A stretch of 64,000 nucleotides of DNA, taken from assembly GCA_050486545.1 (NCBI GenBank), contig JBJHDM010000006.1, positions 27,365-91,364 on the forward strand, given 5' to 3'. Positions within the stretch are counted from its first letter, which is position 1. Every line of letters begins with the position of its first letter. This DNA comes from Rhodocyclaceae bacterium. GTDB taxonomy: Bacteria > Pseudomonadota > Gammaproteobacteria > Burkholderiales > Rhodocyclaceae. The notes beneath the pieces are model-generated. The model did not search any database. It saw only the letters and a list, made by a program, of their open reading frames with translations, and was not told where the DNA came from. Made by a program: the position numbers and the translations under genes. Of the stretch, positions 48,839-56,613 are shown in pieces.

Positions 48839-50053
48839 ATGCCCATCCACGCCCGCCCTGTTTCGAACCTGACCCGAATCGCTTCCCACGCAAACCTGTG
48901 GAGCAATGCGGGGGCCTGTCTTCCGCAGCGTTTTGCCAACGTGGCCTGCAGACGCTGCGTCGAGGAATGTCCCACTGGCGCCTTTTCGGCGACTCCGGAA
49001 GGGTTCTCCGTAGGATCCGCTTGTGTCGATTGCGGCCGATGCGCAGCCGTCTGTCCAACCAGTGCGCTATCACTCGGCGACTTCCGCCTGGAGATTCCTG
49101 AGCCGTCGCCTGGAGCAATCGTCATCGAATGCCGCAAGGTCCCTGCACAGGTCACCGAACCTCATGCGGTGCGGGTTCCGTGCTGCGGAGCGCTATCGAC
49201 CGCACAGTTCCTCGCGCTTGCCAATGCCTCGAACGGGAACGGGGTCGAAGTGATCGATCGTGGCTGGTGCGGCACCTGTAGCGCGGGCGGAAGCGCTCAC
49301 CCGGCCGAAGAGCGGATGACGGTGGCCAACGAGCTACTCGCACACATGGGCGTTCCGCTGGAGGGACGCATGACCTTCACCGGCCGCACGCTTCCGGCCG
49401 GGCAATGCCCGGACTCCATACCCGGTCGCGACTCGGGTGCCGGCGTGAGTCGTCGCGGCTTTCTGCGCCGGCTCGTCGGTGAGGTGGCACACGCGACCGA
49501 TACTGCCACGCCGGAAATCCTCGGCACGGAGGAACCAGTGGATGGACATGCACGGATCGTTCCGACGGAACGGCTCGCCATTCTGAGCGAGCTGCGTCTG
49601 GCCGGCGCCCGTAGTGGCCGCCAACTGCCCGCAGCGCTGTACCACGAGATCTCGATTGCCGAGCAATGCCGGGATCATAAGCTGTGCGCGACCGCTTGCC
49701 CGGTCTCGGCCCTGCGTAGCCGGGATGAAGAGACCCGCACCGGCATCGACTTCCATCCCGCCTTGTGCATCGGCTGCGGGGCATGCGAACGCATCTGCCC
49801 GGAACATGCCCTCGCGCTTCGCCCCGCGACCGAGCCGCCGAAGGCAGCCCCGATTGCGCTCACCTGCCACACGACGACGGCCTGCTTTGCATGCGGCATG
49901 CCGTTCGTCGGACCCGGCGCGAACGACCGCCAGGAAGACGAACCGATCTGCCCGGAGTGCCAGAAATCCCGGGATCTCGGGAGATCACTTTTCTCCGGAC
50001 TTTTTCCACCCATCGACGACAACAAAACGATCCATTCAGGAGGGGTTCGATGA
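48839..50053 (+). CDS. arxB2: multi-[4Fe-4S] ferredoxin-like protein, ArxB2-like
   Basis: 404 aa. CVDCGRCAAVCP and CIGCGACERICP plus two degenerate cluster motifs. An internal SRRGFLRRL motif. A C-terminal CFAC...CPEC ribbon. Position directly upstream of arxA. Confidence 0.6.
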   Translation: MPIHARPVSNLTRIASHANLWSNAGACLPQRFANVACRRCVEECPTGAFSATPEGFSVGSACVDCGRCAAVCPTSALSLGDFRLEIPEPSPGAIVIECRKVPAQVTEPHAVRVPCCGALSTAQFLALANASNGNGVEVIDRGWCGTCSAGGSAHPAEERMTVANELLAHMGVPLEGRMTFTGRTLPAGQCPDSIPGRDSGAGVSRRGFLRRLVGEVAHATDTATPEILGTEEPVDGHARIVPTERLAILSELRLAGARSGRQLPAALYHEISIAEQCRDHKLCATACPVSALRSRDEETRTGIDFHPALCIGCGACERICPEHALALRPATEPPKAAPIALTCHTTTACFACGMPFVGPGANDRQEDEPICPECQKSRDLGRSLFSGLFPPIDDNKTIHSGGVR

Positions 50054-50122
50054 CACGAAGTACCACCGTGATGCGCCATGCGACCACGACACACCACTCA
50101 TGCTGCTGAGGAGACGCCAGCG

Positions 50123-52603
50123 ATGAACATCTTCAACACCCTGATGAACCGGCGGCGCTTTCTCAAGACCAGCGCCGCCGCCGGCGCGACCGGCGCAGCC
50201 GTGACGGGCATGGGAGGCCTGCCCGGACTGACGCCGGTGAAGGATGCGAAGGCCCAGGCCGCGCGGGGCCAGACGACCGTCACCAAGAACATCTGCGCAC
50301 AGTGCCCCGCGCGCTGCGGAATCGACGTATACACGACCAATGGGCGCGTACATGCGATCTACGGCGATACGGGCAACCCGATCGCCAACGGCAAGCTCTG
50401 CCCCAAGGGTCACCTGGGCACCTACTTCCTCTACGATCCGGACCGCTTCAAGGGACCGATGAAGCGAACCAACCCGAGAAAGGGGCGCAACGAAGACCCG
50501 GGCTTCGTGCCGATTTCCTGGGACGAGGCGCTCGACACCATCGCCGCGCGCCTGCAGGTGCTGCGCGACAAGGGCGAATCGCACCGCTTCGCCCACTTCT
50601 ACGGGCGTGGCTGGGGCGCCTCCGACGCCGGACTGTACGGCGACTTCGGCAAGCTGTACGGCACACCGAACTCGGCGATCGGCCACGCCTCGATGTGCGC
50701 CGAGGGCAGCAAGCGCGCCAAGCGCGCCACCGACGGCAACGATTCGTACAACTCCTACGACTACCGCAACACCAACTACATCCTGAACTTCGGCGCGGGC
50801 TTTCTCGAGGCCTTCCGCCCGTACAACTACCTGATGCAGATGTGGGGCCACATGCGCAGCAAGAGCCCGCAGACCCGCATCACGACCATCGACGTACGCA
50901 TGAATCCGACGATGGCGGCCTCGGACCGGGCGCTCTACATCAAGCCGGGAACCGACGGCGCACTGGCACTGGCGATCGCCCACGTCATCCTCACCGAGGG
51001 CCTGTGGGATCGCGAGTTCGTCGGCGATTTCCACAATCCGGAAACCCGCTTCCGGACCGGGCAGCGGATCACACCGATCTCGTTCGACCAGAAGTGGGTT
51101 CACGGGCTGCCCGAATGGTGGAACGAGGAACTCAAGGACCGCACGCCGGAATGGGCCGAAAGCGTGACCACGATCCCCGCCCGCGACATCGTCACCGTCG
51201 CGCGTGAGTTCGCCACCACCCGCCCCGCCATGGCGATCATGGAGCGCGGCCCGACGGCCCATACCAACGGCACCTACAACGGCATGGCGATCCATGCACT
51301 GAACGCGCTGGTTGGCTGCATGTTCGCCGAGGGTGGCATGTATTACCAGATGGGCACGCCCTATGGGGGTCTTCCGGTCAATTCCGACGACTACCTCGAC
51401 GACTGGGCGAAGGATGGGGACTGGAAGAAGTTCCCGCGCATCGACAAGGCCCGCACCGCCGAATGGCCGATGACCTCCCACATGATGCAGGAAGCCGGAC
51501 CGAACCATCTTAAAGGCGACCCGTACAAGCTCGACACGGCGATGTTCTTCTACACCAATCCGATCTGGACCGCGCCGAACCCGAAGGTGTGGGAGGAAGC
51601 GCTGAAGGACGTGTTCGTGATCGACACCTCGCCATTCCCCGGCGAGACGGCCATGTACGCGGACATCGTCGTGCCGGATCACACCTACCTGGAGCGCCTG
51701 CAGGACTCGCCGACCTATCCCTTCGAGGGTTGGCCGATGACGGCCCTGCGCGTGCCGGCTGTCGATCCGATCTACGACACCAAGCACTTCGGCGACACGC
51801 TGATCGAGATCGGCAAGCGCATGAAGGGGCCGATGGGCGAGTACTACAAGGCGCTCGGCAACACCGAGAACGTGTTGCGCCATCGCGCCAAGGGCTTCGA
51901 GACGAACCCCGGCGACAACGGCGTCAACAGCTTCGAGACCTGGAAGGAAAAGGGCGTCTGGTACCGCAAGCCCTACCACTGGCGCCAGCACCGCGGTGAA
52001 TTCTTCGAGTGGGACGGCAAGGGCTACAACACGGCGATGAGTGCGGACGACGTGAAGGCCAAGCTCATCAAGACGCCTTCCGGCAAGTTCGAGTTCAAGT
52101 CCGGCTATCTCGAGGGTCATGCCGAATACATCCACCGCGAACTCGGCGTTCCGGCCGACCGCGTCGGTCTGATCCAGTGGGTCGAGCCCAAGCACTCCGG
52201 TCAGGGCGATCTCTACTTCGTGTCACCCAAGACCCCGCTGCACGCGGAAGGCCGCTCCGGGAACATTCCCCACGCGATCGCGAACCAGCAGCCCATCGTC
52301 GGCGGTCGCAACACGGTGTATCTGGAGATCCACCCGGACACCGCCCGCGCGCGCGGCATCCGCAACGGCGACAAGGTGCGGATCAAGTCCAATCTCGGTG
52401 CGATCGAGGCGTATTGCCGGTACATGCCATCGCACCGTCCCGACACGCTGGTGCTGCCGATGGAGCATGGCCACTGGGCGCAGGGACGCTGGGCCAAGGG
52501 ACGCCTGCCGGGTCATTCCGGCGAAATCACCGAGAACGTATCCGATCCGATCTCCGGGCTTGCCTGCTACTACACCGGCAAGGTCACCGTGGAACGGGCC
52601 TGA
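50123..52603 (+). CDS. arxA: molybdopterin oxidoreductase catalytic subunit, ArxA-type arsenite oxidase
   Basis: 826 aa. Tat leader MNRRRFLKTSAAAGA. C-X2-C-X3-C-X27-C (CAQCPARC...LCPKG). YGRGWG motif. Cys in HASMCAEG. GAGGAG RBS. Confidence 0.75.
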   Translation: MNIFNTLMNRRRFLKTSAAAGATGAAVTGMGGLPGLTPVKDAKAQAARGQTTVTKNICAQCPARCGIDVYTTNGRVHAIYGDTGNPIANGKLCPKGHLGTYFLYDPDRFKGPMKRTNPRKGRNEDPGFVPISWDEALDTIAARLQVLRDKGESHRFAHFYGRGWGASDAGLYGDFGKLYGTPNSAIGHASMCAEGSKRAKRATDGNDSYNSYDYRNTNYILNFGAGFLEAFRPYNYLMQMWGHMRSKSPQTRITTIDVRMNPTMAASDRALYIKPGTDGALALAIAHVILTEGLWDREFVGDFHNPETRFRTGQRITPISFDQKWVHGLPEWWNEELKDRTPEWAESVTTIPARDIVTVAREFATTRPAMAIMERGPTAHTNGTYNGMAIHALNALVGCMFAEGGMYYQMGTPYGGLPVNSDDYLDDWAKDGDWKKFPRIDKARTAEWPMTSHMMQEAGPNHLKGDPYKLDTAMFFYTNPIWTAPNPKVWEEALKDVFVIDTSPFPGETAMYADIVVPDHTYLERLQDSPTYPFEGWPMTALRVPAVDPIYDTKHFGDTLIEIGKRMKGPMGEYYKALGNTENVLRHRAKGFETNPGDNGVNSFETWKEKGVWYRKPYHWRQHRGEFFEWDGKGYNTAMSADDVKAKLIKTPSGKFEFKSGYLEGHAEYIHRELGVPADRVGLIQWVEPKHSGQGDLYFVSPKTPLHAEGRSGNIPHAIANQQPIVGGRNTVYLEIHPDTARARGIRNGDKVRIKSNLGAIEAYCRYMPSHRPDTLVLPMEHGHWAQGRWAKGRLPGHSGEITENVSDPISGLACYYTGKVTVERA

Positions 52604-52631
52604 TCCCCTGCACAGATAGGAGTTATCGACA

Positions 52632-53384
52632 ATGGCAAAGTGGGGAATGGTCATCGACCTGGACAAGTGCACCGGCTGTCAGGCCTGTACGACGGCGTGC
52701 GCGATGGAAAACAACACCCTGCCCGGTGAGAGCTGGCAGGACGTCCTCTACTATCACGAGGGCACCTACCCGAGCGGGCAGATGAAGTGGCTGCCGCGCC
52801 CGTGCATGCAGTGCGAGAACCCCTCGTGCGTGCATGTGTGCCCGACCCGGGCGACCTACAAGGACATGGACGCGGGCGGGATCGTGTTCGTCGACTGGAA
52901 CAAGTGCATCGGCTGCAAGTACTGCATGATCGCATGCCCCTACGGCGTGCGCTTCTATGCCGACGAAAAGCCCTTGCTCGAGCCCGACCTGCGTTCGATC
53001 TTCCCGGGCGGAAACGGCCAGATGTGGAGTCCCCCGTACCAGAACCCGGAACAGGACTGGAAGCGCGGCATCGGCATCCAGCCGGCAGGCGTCGTCTCGA
53101 AGTGCACCTTCTGCTACCACAAGGTCGGCAACGCGCCGGCCGGGACCGCCGACCTGGACGAGGACAATCCGGAGGTCAAGGAGTACGTGCCGGCCTGCGT
53201 GCGCACCTGTGCGCCCAAGGCACGCTTCTTCGGCGATCTCGACAATCCGAAGAGCCAGGTCAACCGGCTGATCGCCGACAAGCGCGGCGTGCGCCTCAAG
53301 GACCATACCGGCAACCGCCCGCAGGTGTACTACCTCGGCGCCGGTGCAAGCGTGCCGGCCTTCGATCCCAAGCCGCGTTCCTGA
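52632..53384 (+). CDS. arxB: four-cluster 4Fe-4S subunit (ArxB; NrfC/PsrB family)
   Basis: 250 aa. CTGCQACTTAC, CMQCENPSCVHVCP, CIGCKYCMIACP and CTFC...C motifs. Confidence 0.75.
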   Translation: MAKWGMVIDLDKCTGCQACTTACAMENNTLPGESWQDVLYYHEGTYPSGQMKWLPRPCMQCENPSCVHVCPTRATYKDMDAGGIVFVDWNKCIGCKYCMIACPYGVRFYADEKPLLEPDLRSIFPGGNGQMWSPPYQNPEQDWKRGIGIQPAGVVSKCTFCYHKVGNAPAGTADLDEDNPEVKEYVPACVRTCAPKARFFGDLDNPKSQVNRLIADKRGVRLKDHTGNRPQVYYLGAGASVPAFDPKPRS

Positions 53385-53398
53385 GGAGGGACTGACCA

Positions 53399-54607
53399 AT
53401 GAGCAACGAAAACATCATGAAGGGCCCGGCGGGAACCGGACTGCTGATCGTCTCGGCAATCGTCCTGCTGGCCTCGTTCGCATTCGCAGTGTCCAACCTG
53501 GGCAGCCAGGGACACGCCAGCCTGAACACCAGTTCCACGCTGCCGTGGGGACAGCCGATCGCGACCTACCTGTACTTCGCGCTGGCCTCGTCGGGTCTCG
53601 GGCTGATCGCCTCGCTGCCGCTGGTGTTCGGGTTCAAGCAGTTCTACCCGATCGTCAAGCGCTGCATCTTCCTCGCCTTCGTCATCCTGATTTCCGGGAT
53701 GGCGGTACTGGCGATGGAACTGGGGCATGTCTTCCGCATGCTGTGGGTCATCCCGTTCAACCTGCAGATCCAGTCGGCGATGTTCTGGATGGGCGTGTTC
53801 TACGTGGCCGATCTCGCATTCCTGTTGTGGAAGTTCCAGAAGATGGAAACCGGCGACTGGGACAGCAAGACCAGCCGCCAGGTCGGCATTGCCTCCTTCC
53901 TCGGCGTGCTGCTCGCAAGCGGCAATCTCGCGCTGATCTTCGGCATGATGAGCATGCGCCCGTTCTGGTTCGACGGCCTGCTGCCGATCTACTTCTACCT
54001 GACGGCGGTTGCAAGCGGACTGGCGGCGCTGGTCTTCTTCACCTATCTCGCACACGGCTTCAGCCGAGAGCGTATGCCGCAGCGCCTGCGCGACCTGCTG
54101 GAAGGTTCCCTGCCGAAGCTCTTTGCCGCAGTGCTTGGCGGCACGCTGCTGTTCATCGCTGTGCGCGCGATCACCGGCCTGTACAGCAACAACCCGGAGA
54201 TCTACCACGTCTGGAAGGACTACCTGTTCGCCTCGCCGGTATACCAGGCCTCACTGTGGCTCGGGCTCGTCCTGCCGTTCGTGGTGATGCTCGCGGCGTC
54301 GATGCGCACCCAGGCGGGCACGCAGTTACTCATCTCCATCCTGGTCTTCGGCGGCCTGTTCGCCGAGCGCTACTTCTTCGTCGTCGGCGGGCAGGTCGTG
54401 CCGATGTTCAAGGGCACCTGGGAATGGAGCCTCATCGAATATGCCCCTTCGATCACCGAATGGAGCCTGACGATCATGGGTTCAGCCCTGCTTTTCACCC
54501 TGTATGCGCTGGGAGAGAAGCGATTGAATCTGTCGGCCATGCCGCCGACGGCCTCCGAGCCGTCTGGTTCGACGACCGCCGCGCAACCGGCTGCCGCCGG
54601 AAGCTGA
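53399..54607 (+). CDS. arxC: NrfD/PsrC-family integral membrane quinol-interacting subunit (ArxC)
   Basis: 402 aa polytopic protein. GGAGGG RBS. Position after the FeS subunit. Confidence 0.75.
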   Translation: MSNENIMKGPAGTGLLIVSAIVLLASFAFAVSNLGSQGHASLNTSSTLPWGQPIATYLYFALASSGLGLIASLPLVFGFKQFYPIVKRCIFLAFVILISGMAVLAMELGHVFRMLWVIPFNLQIQSAMFWMGVFYVADLAFLLWKFQKMETGDWDSKTSRQVGIASFLGVLLASGNLALIFGMMSMRPFWFDGLLPIYFYLTAVASGLAALVFFTYLAHGFSRERMPQRLRDLLEGSLPKLFAAVLGGTLLFIAVRAITGLYSNNPEIYHVWKDYLFASPVYQASLWLGLVLPFVVMLAASMRTQAGTQLLISILVFGGLFAERYFFVVGGQVVPMFKGTWEWSLIEYAPSITEWSLTIMGSALLFTLYALGEKRLNLSAMPPTASEPSGSTTAAQPAAAGS

Positions 54608-54629
54608 ACCGGTCGGGATCCCGGAGTTG

Positions 54630-55589
54630 ATGCAATACCGGCCCCGGGATCCCATTTCTTCGGACCCAGAGGATAGCGCCATGACGCAAGACAATCTCCA
54701 ACTGACCCTTCGCGCGGAACTCTGCCTGTGCCTGTCGCGAGCCTTCCTGCCGCCCCTGCAGGACGACGATTTCACCGCGATGACGATGGACTTTCCCGTC
54801 GATCTCGAGGAACTGGATGCGGAGCTTCGCCGGATCGGCTCCGACCGGCTGACCCGGATCAGACGGAGCCTGGCTTCGTTCGCAGACCACTCGACGTTGC
54901 TCCGGACCTACAGCCGGCTGTTTCTCGCACCGCCCGCCCCCGCCCTGCTCAACCTGGGCCTCTACCTGGACGGCGGGCTGATGGGCAACAGTTGCAGCGA
55001 ACTCGAACGCCTTTACAACGCGTACGGACTTCAACGTGACCCGGAGTTCCGCGACGGCTCGGACCATGTTTCCCTGTACTTCCAGTTCCTCGCGTGGTGC
55101 TACGCCCGGGCGCAGGACCATCTCGACGCAGGGGACGAGACACAGGCCCTGAACGTACTGCACGACGTCGGACACAGCCTCGTGCACCATGGCATTCCCG
55201 CCATCGGGCATCTGCTCGCGCAATTGCGCAAAGCCGAATCCTCACTCGGGCTGCCCGACACGTTCGGCGAACTTGCGGAACTTGCGCGGCTCGCGCTCAC
55301 CGACGATGCCAGGACGATCGGAGCCCGATTACCCGCAACGCCGGCAGCGCAAACACAAACACCAGAACTCCCCGAAACCGCCATGGCCGGAACGCCTGCA
55401 ACCGAATCGATCTTCGCCTGCAATCACTGCAAGCGCTCGTTCCTCGCCGAGCGTTCACTTGCGACCATGATCGACGTACTGGCCTCGAAGGGGCTGGACA
55501 CCGCTCACATGACGGTCTGTCCGGAATGCCGTACGAAGGCAATGGGACTCACACCCCTGGAGGCACCCCGGTTCAGGAAGGCTTCATGA
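54630..55589 (+). CDS. arxD: TorD/DmsD-family maturation chaperone with a C-terminal zinc-ribbon extension (ArxD)
   Basis: ~319 aa. TorD-like core (YSRLF..., SDHVSLYFQFLAW). C-terminal CNHC...CPEC at 55419-55529. Start uncertain: 54630 or 54681. Confidence 0.65.
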   Translation: MQYRPRDPISSDPEDSAMTQDNLQLTLRAELCLCLSRAFLPPLQDDDFTAMTMDFPVDLEELDAELRRIGSDRLTRIRRSLASFADHSTLLRTYSRLFLAPPAPALLNLGLYLDGGLMGNSCSELERLYNAYGLQRDPEFRDGSDHVSLYFQFLAWCYARAQDHLDAGDETQALNVLHDVGHSLVHHGIPAIGHLLAQLRKAESSLGLPDTFGELAELARLALTDDARTIGARLPATPAAQTQTPELPETAMAGTPATESIFACNHCKRSFLAERSLATMIDVLASKGLDTAHMTVCPECRTKAMGLTPLEAPRFRKAS

Positions 55590-56023
55590 ACATCGCCCAG
55601 GGAATGCGTGTCGTTGCGGAGTACGTCTTTCGCGACGAACAGGGGGAGATCCTCGACAGCAGCGCAAGCAACGGCCCGCTCACGTACGTACATGGGGAGG
55701 GACGCATCCTGCGCGGCCTCGAGGTGGCGCTGGAAGGTCGTGCAGCCGGCGACCGATTCAGCGTGCACCTGCCTCCGGAAGCAGCCTTCGGTCTTCACCG
55801 GCCGGAGCTGGTCTTCGAGGCGCGGCGCGAGAATCTTCCGGCAGACGTCGTGCTTGAGCCGGGAGTCGAACTGTTCAGTGGCACCGGCGACCGGCCGGCA
55901 TTCAGCCTTCGGGTGGTCCAAAGAACCGACTGCGGCGCCCTGCTCGACGGCAACCATCCGCTGGCAGGAAAGTCGCTCACCGTCGACCTCGAGATTCTCG
56001 CGGTCGACCTGCCCGGCGCTTGA
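55586..56023 (+). CDS. SlyD-like FKBP-type peptidyl-prolyl isomerase
   Basis: 145 aa. VAEYVFRDEQGEILDSS...PLTYVHGEG.ILRGLEVAL.G and LLDGNHPLAGKSL motifs typical of SlyD/FkpB. The ATG overlaps the arxD stop (ATGA). Confidence 0.8.
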   Translation: MNIAQGMRVVAEYVFRDEQGEILDSSASNGPLTYVHGEGRILRGLEVALEGRAAGDRFSVHLPPEAAFGLHRPELVFEARRENLPADVVLEPGVELFSGTGDRPAFSLRVVQRTDCGALLDGNHPLAGKSLTVDLEILAVDLPGA

Positions 56024-56042
56024 CGCCGCCGGGCGTTCCGCG

Positions 56043-56597
56043 TCAGCCGCCCAGGCCGGGCACGGCCTGTTGCAGCGGATCGCGCTCGGCGCGTGCCGGG
56101 GGTGCGGCGATGGCAAGCAGTTCGATCTCGAAGACCAGGGTCTCCTCGGGTCCGATCGGGCCGCCCCCTTCCCTGCCGTACGCGAGGCTCGGCGGAATCA
56201 CGAGGCGGACGTCGGACCCTGCGGGCAAGCCGACCAGCGCCTGCCGCCAGCCTTCGATGGTGCGTTCCACCGGAATGGTGGCGGGCTCGCCGCGGCGCCG
56301 CGAATCCTCGAACACGCGCCCGTCCAGGTGGCGGCCCCGGTAATGGACGACGACCCAGTCGTCGAGGGTCGCCACCGCACCGTCACCGACCCGAAGGGCT
56401 TCGATCTGCAGCCCGCCGGGCAATTCGATGACGCCGGCACGGCTCCGATTGGCCGAACGGTAGGCCTGACCTTCCTCGGCATTGAGATCGGCGAGCAGCA
56501 GGCGCGCTTCGGCCTGGCCCGGCGAGACGCCGCAGCTCCTGGCTCCGACGGCCACCACGACCAGCGCGAACAGACTGACGAGGATCGTCTTCAGCAT
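56043..56597 (-). CDS. FKBP-type peptidyl-prolyl isomerase, exported or lipoprotein
   Basis: 184 aa. Signal peptide with Cys (VAVGARSCG). FKBP core VVVHYRGRHLDGRVFEDS...GWRQAL...IPPSLAYG. Confidence 0.8.
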   Translation of the reverse strand: MLKTILVSLFALVVVAVGARSCGVSPGQAEARLLLADLNAEEGQAYRSANRSRAGVIELPGGLQIEALRVGDGAVATLDDWVVVHYRGRHLDGRVFEDSRRRGEPATIPVERTIEGWRQALVGLPAGSDVRLVIPPSLAYGREGGGPIGPEETLVFEIELLAIAAPPARAERDPLQQAVPGLGG

Positions 56598-56613
56598 TGA
56601 GGAACGCCCGTGC

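Noticed and set aside
50123-54607. Reading the Mo-enzyme operon as polysulfide, thiosulfate or tetrathionate reductase (PsrABC/PhsABC/TtrABC), or as cytoplasmic sulfite dehydrogenase SoeABC, which would fit the sulfur theme of the window.
   Set aside because: SoeA lacks a Tat signal, whereas this subunit has MNRRRFLK. The YGRGWG motif, the C-X2-C-X3-C-X27-C spacing, the extra upstream FeS gene, the TorD-type gene, the divergent binding-protein/kinase/sigma54-regulator trio and the nearby arsR-acr3 all fit arx better. This remains a motif and synteny call that needs a phylogeny.
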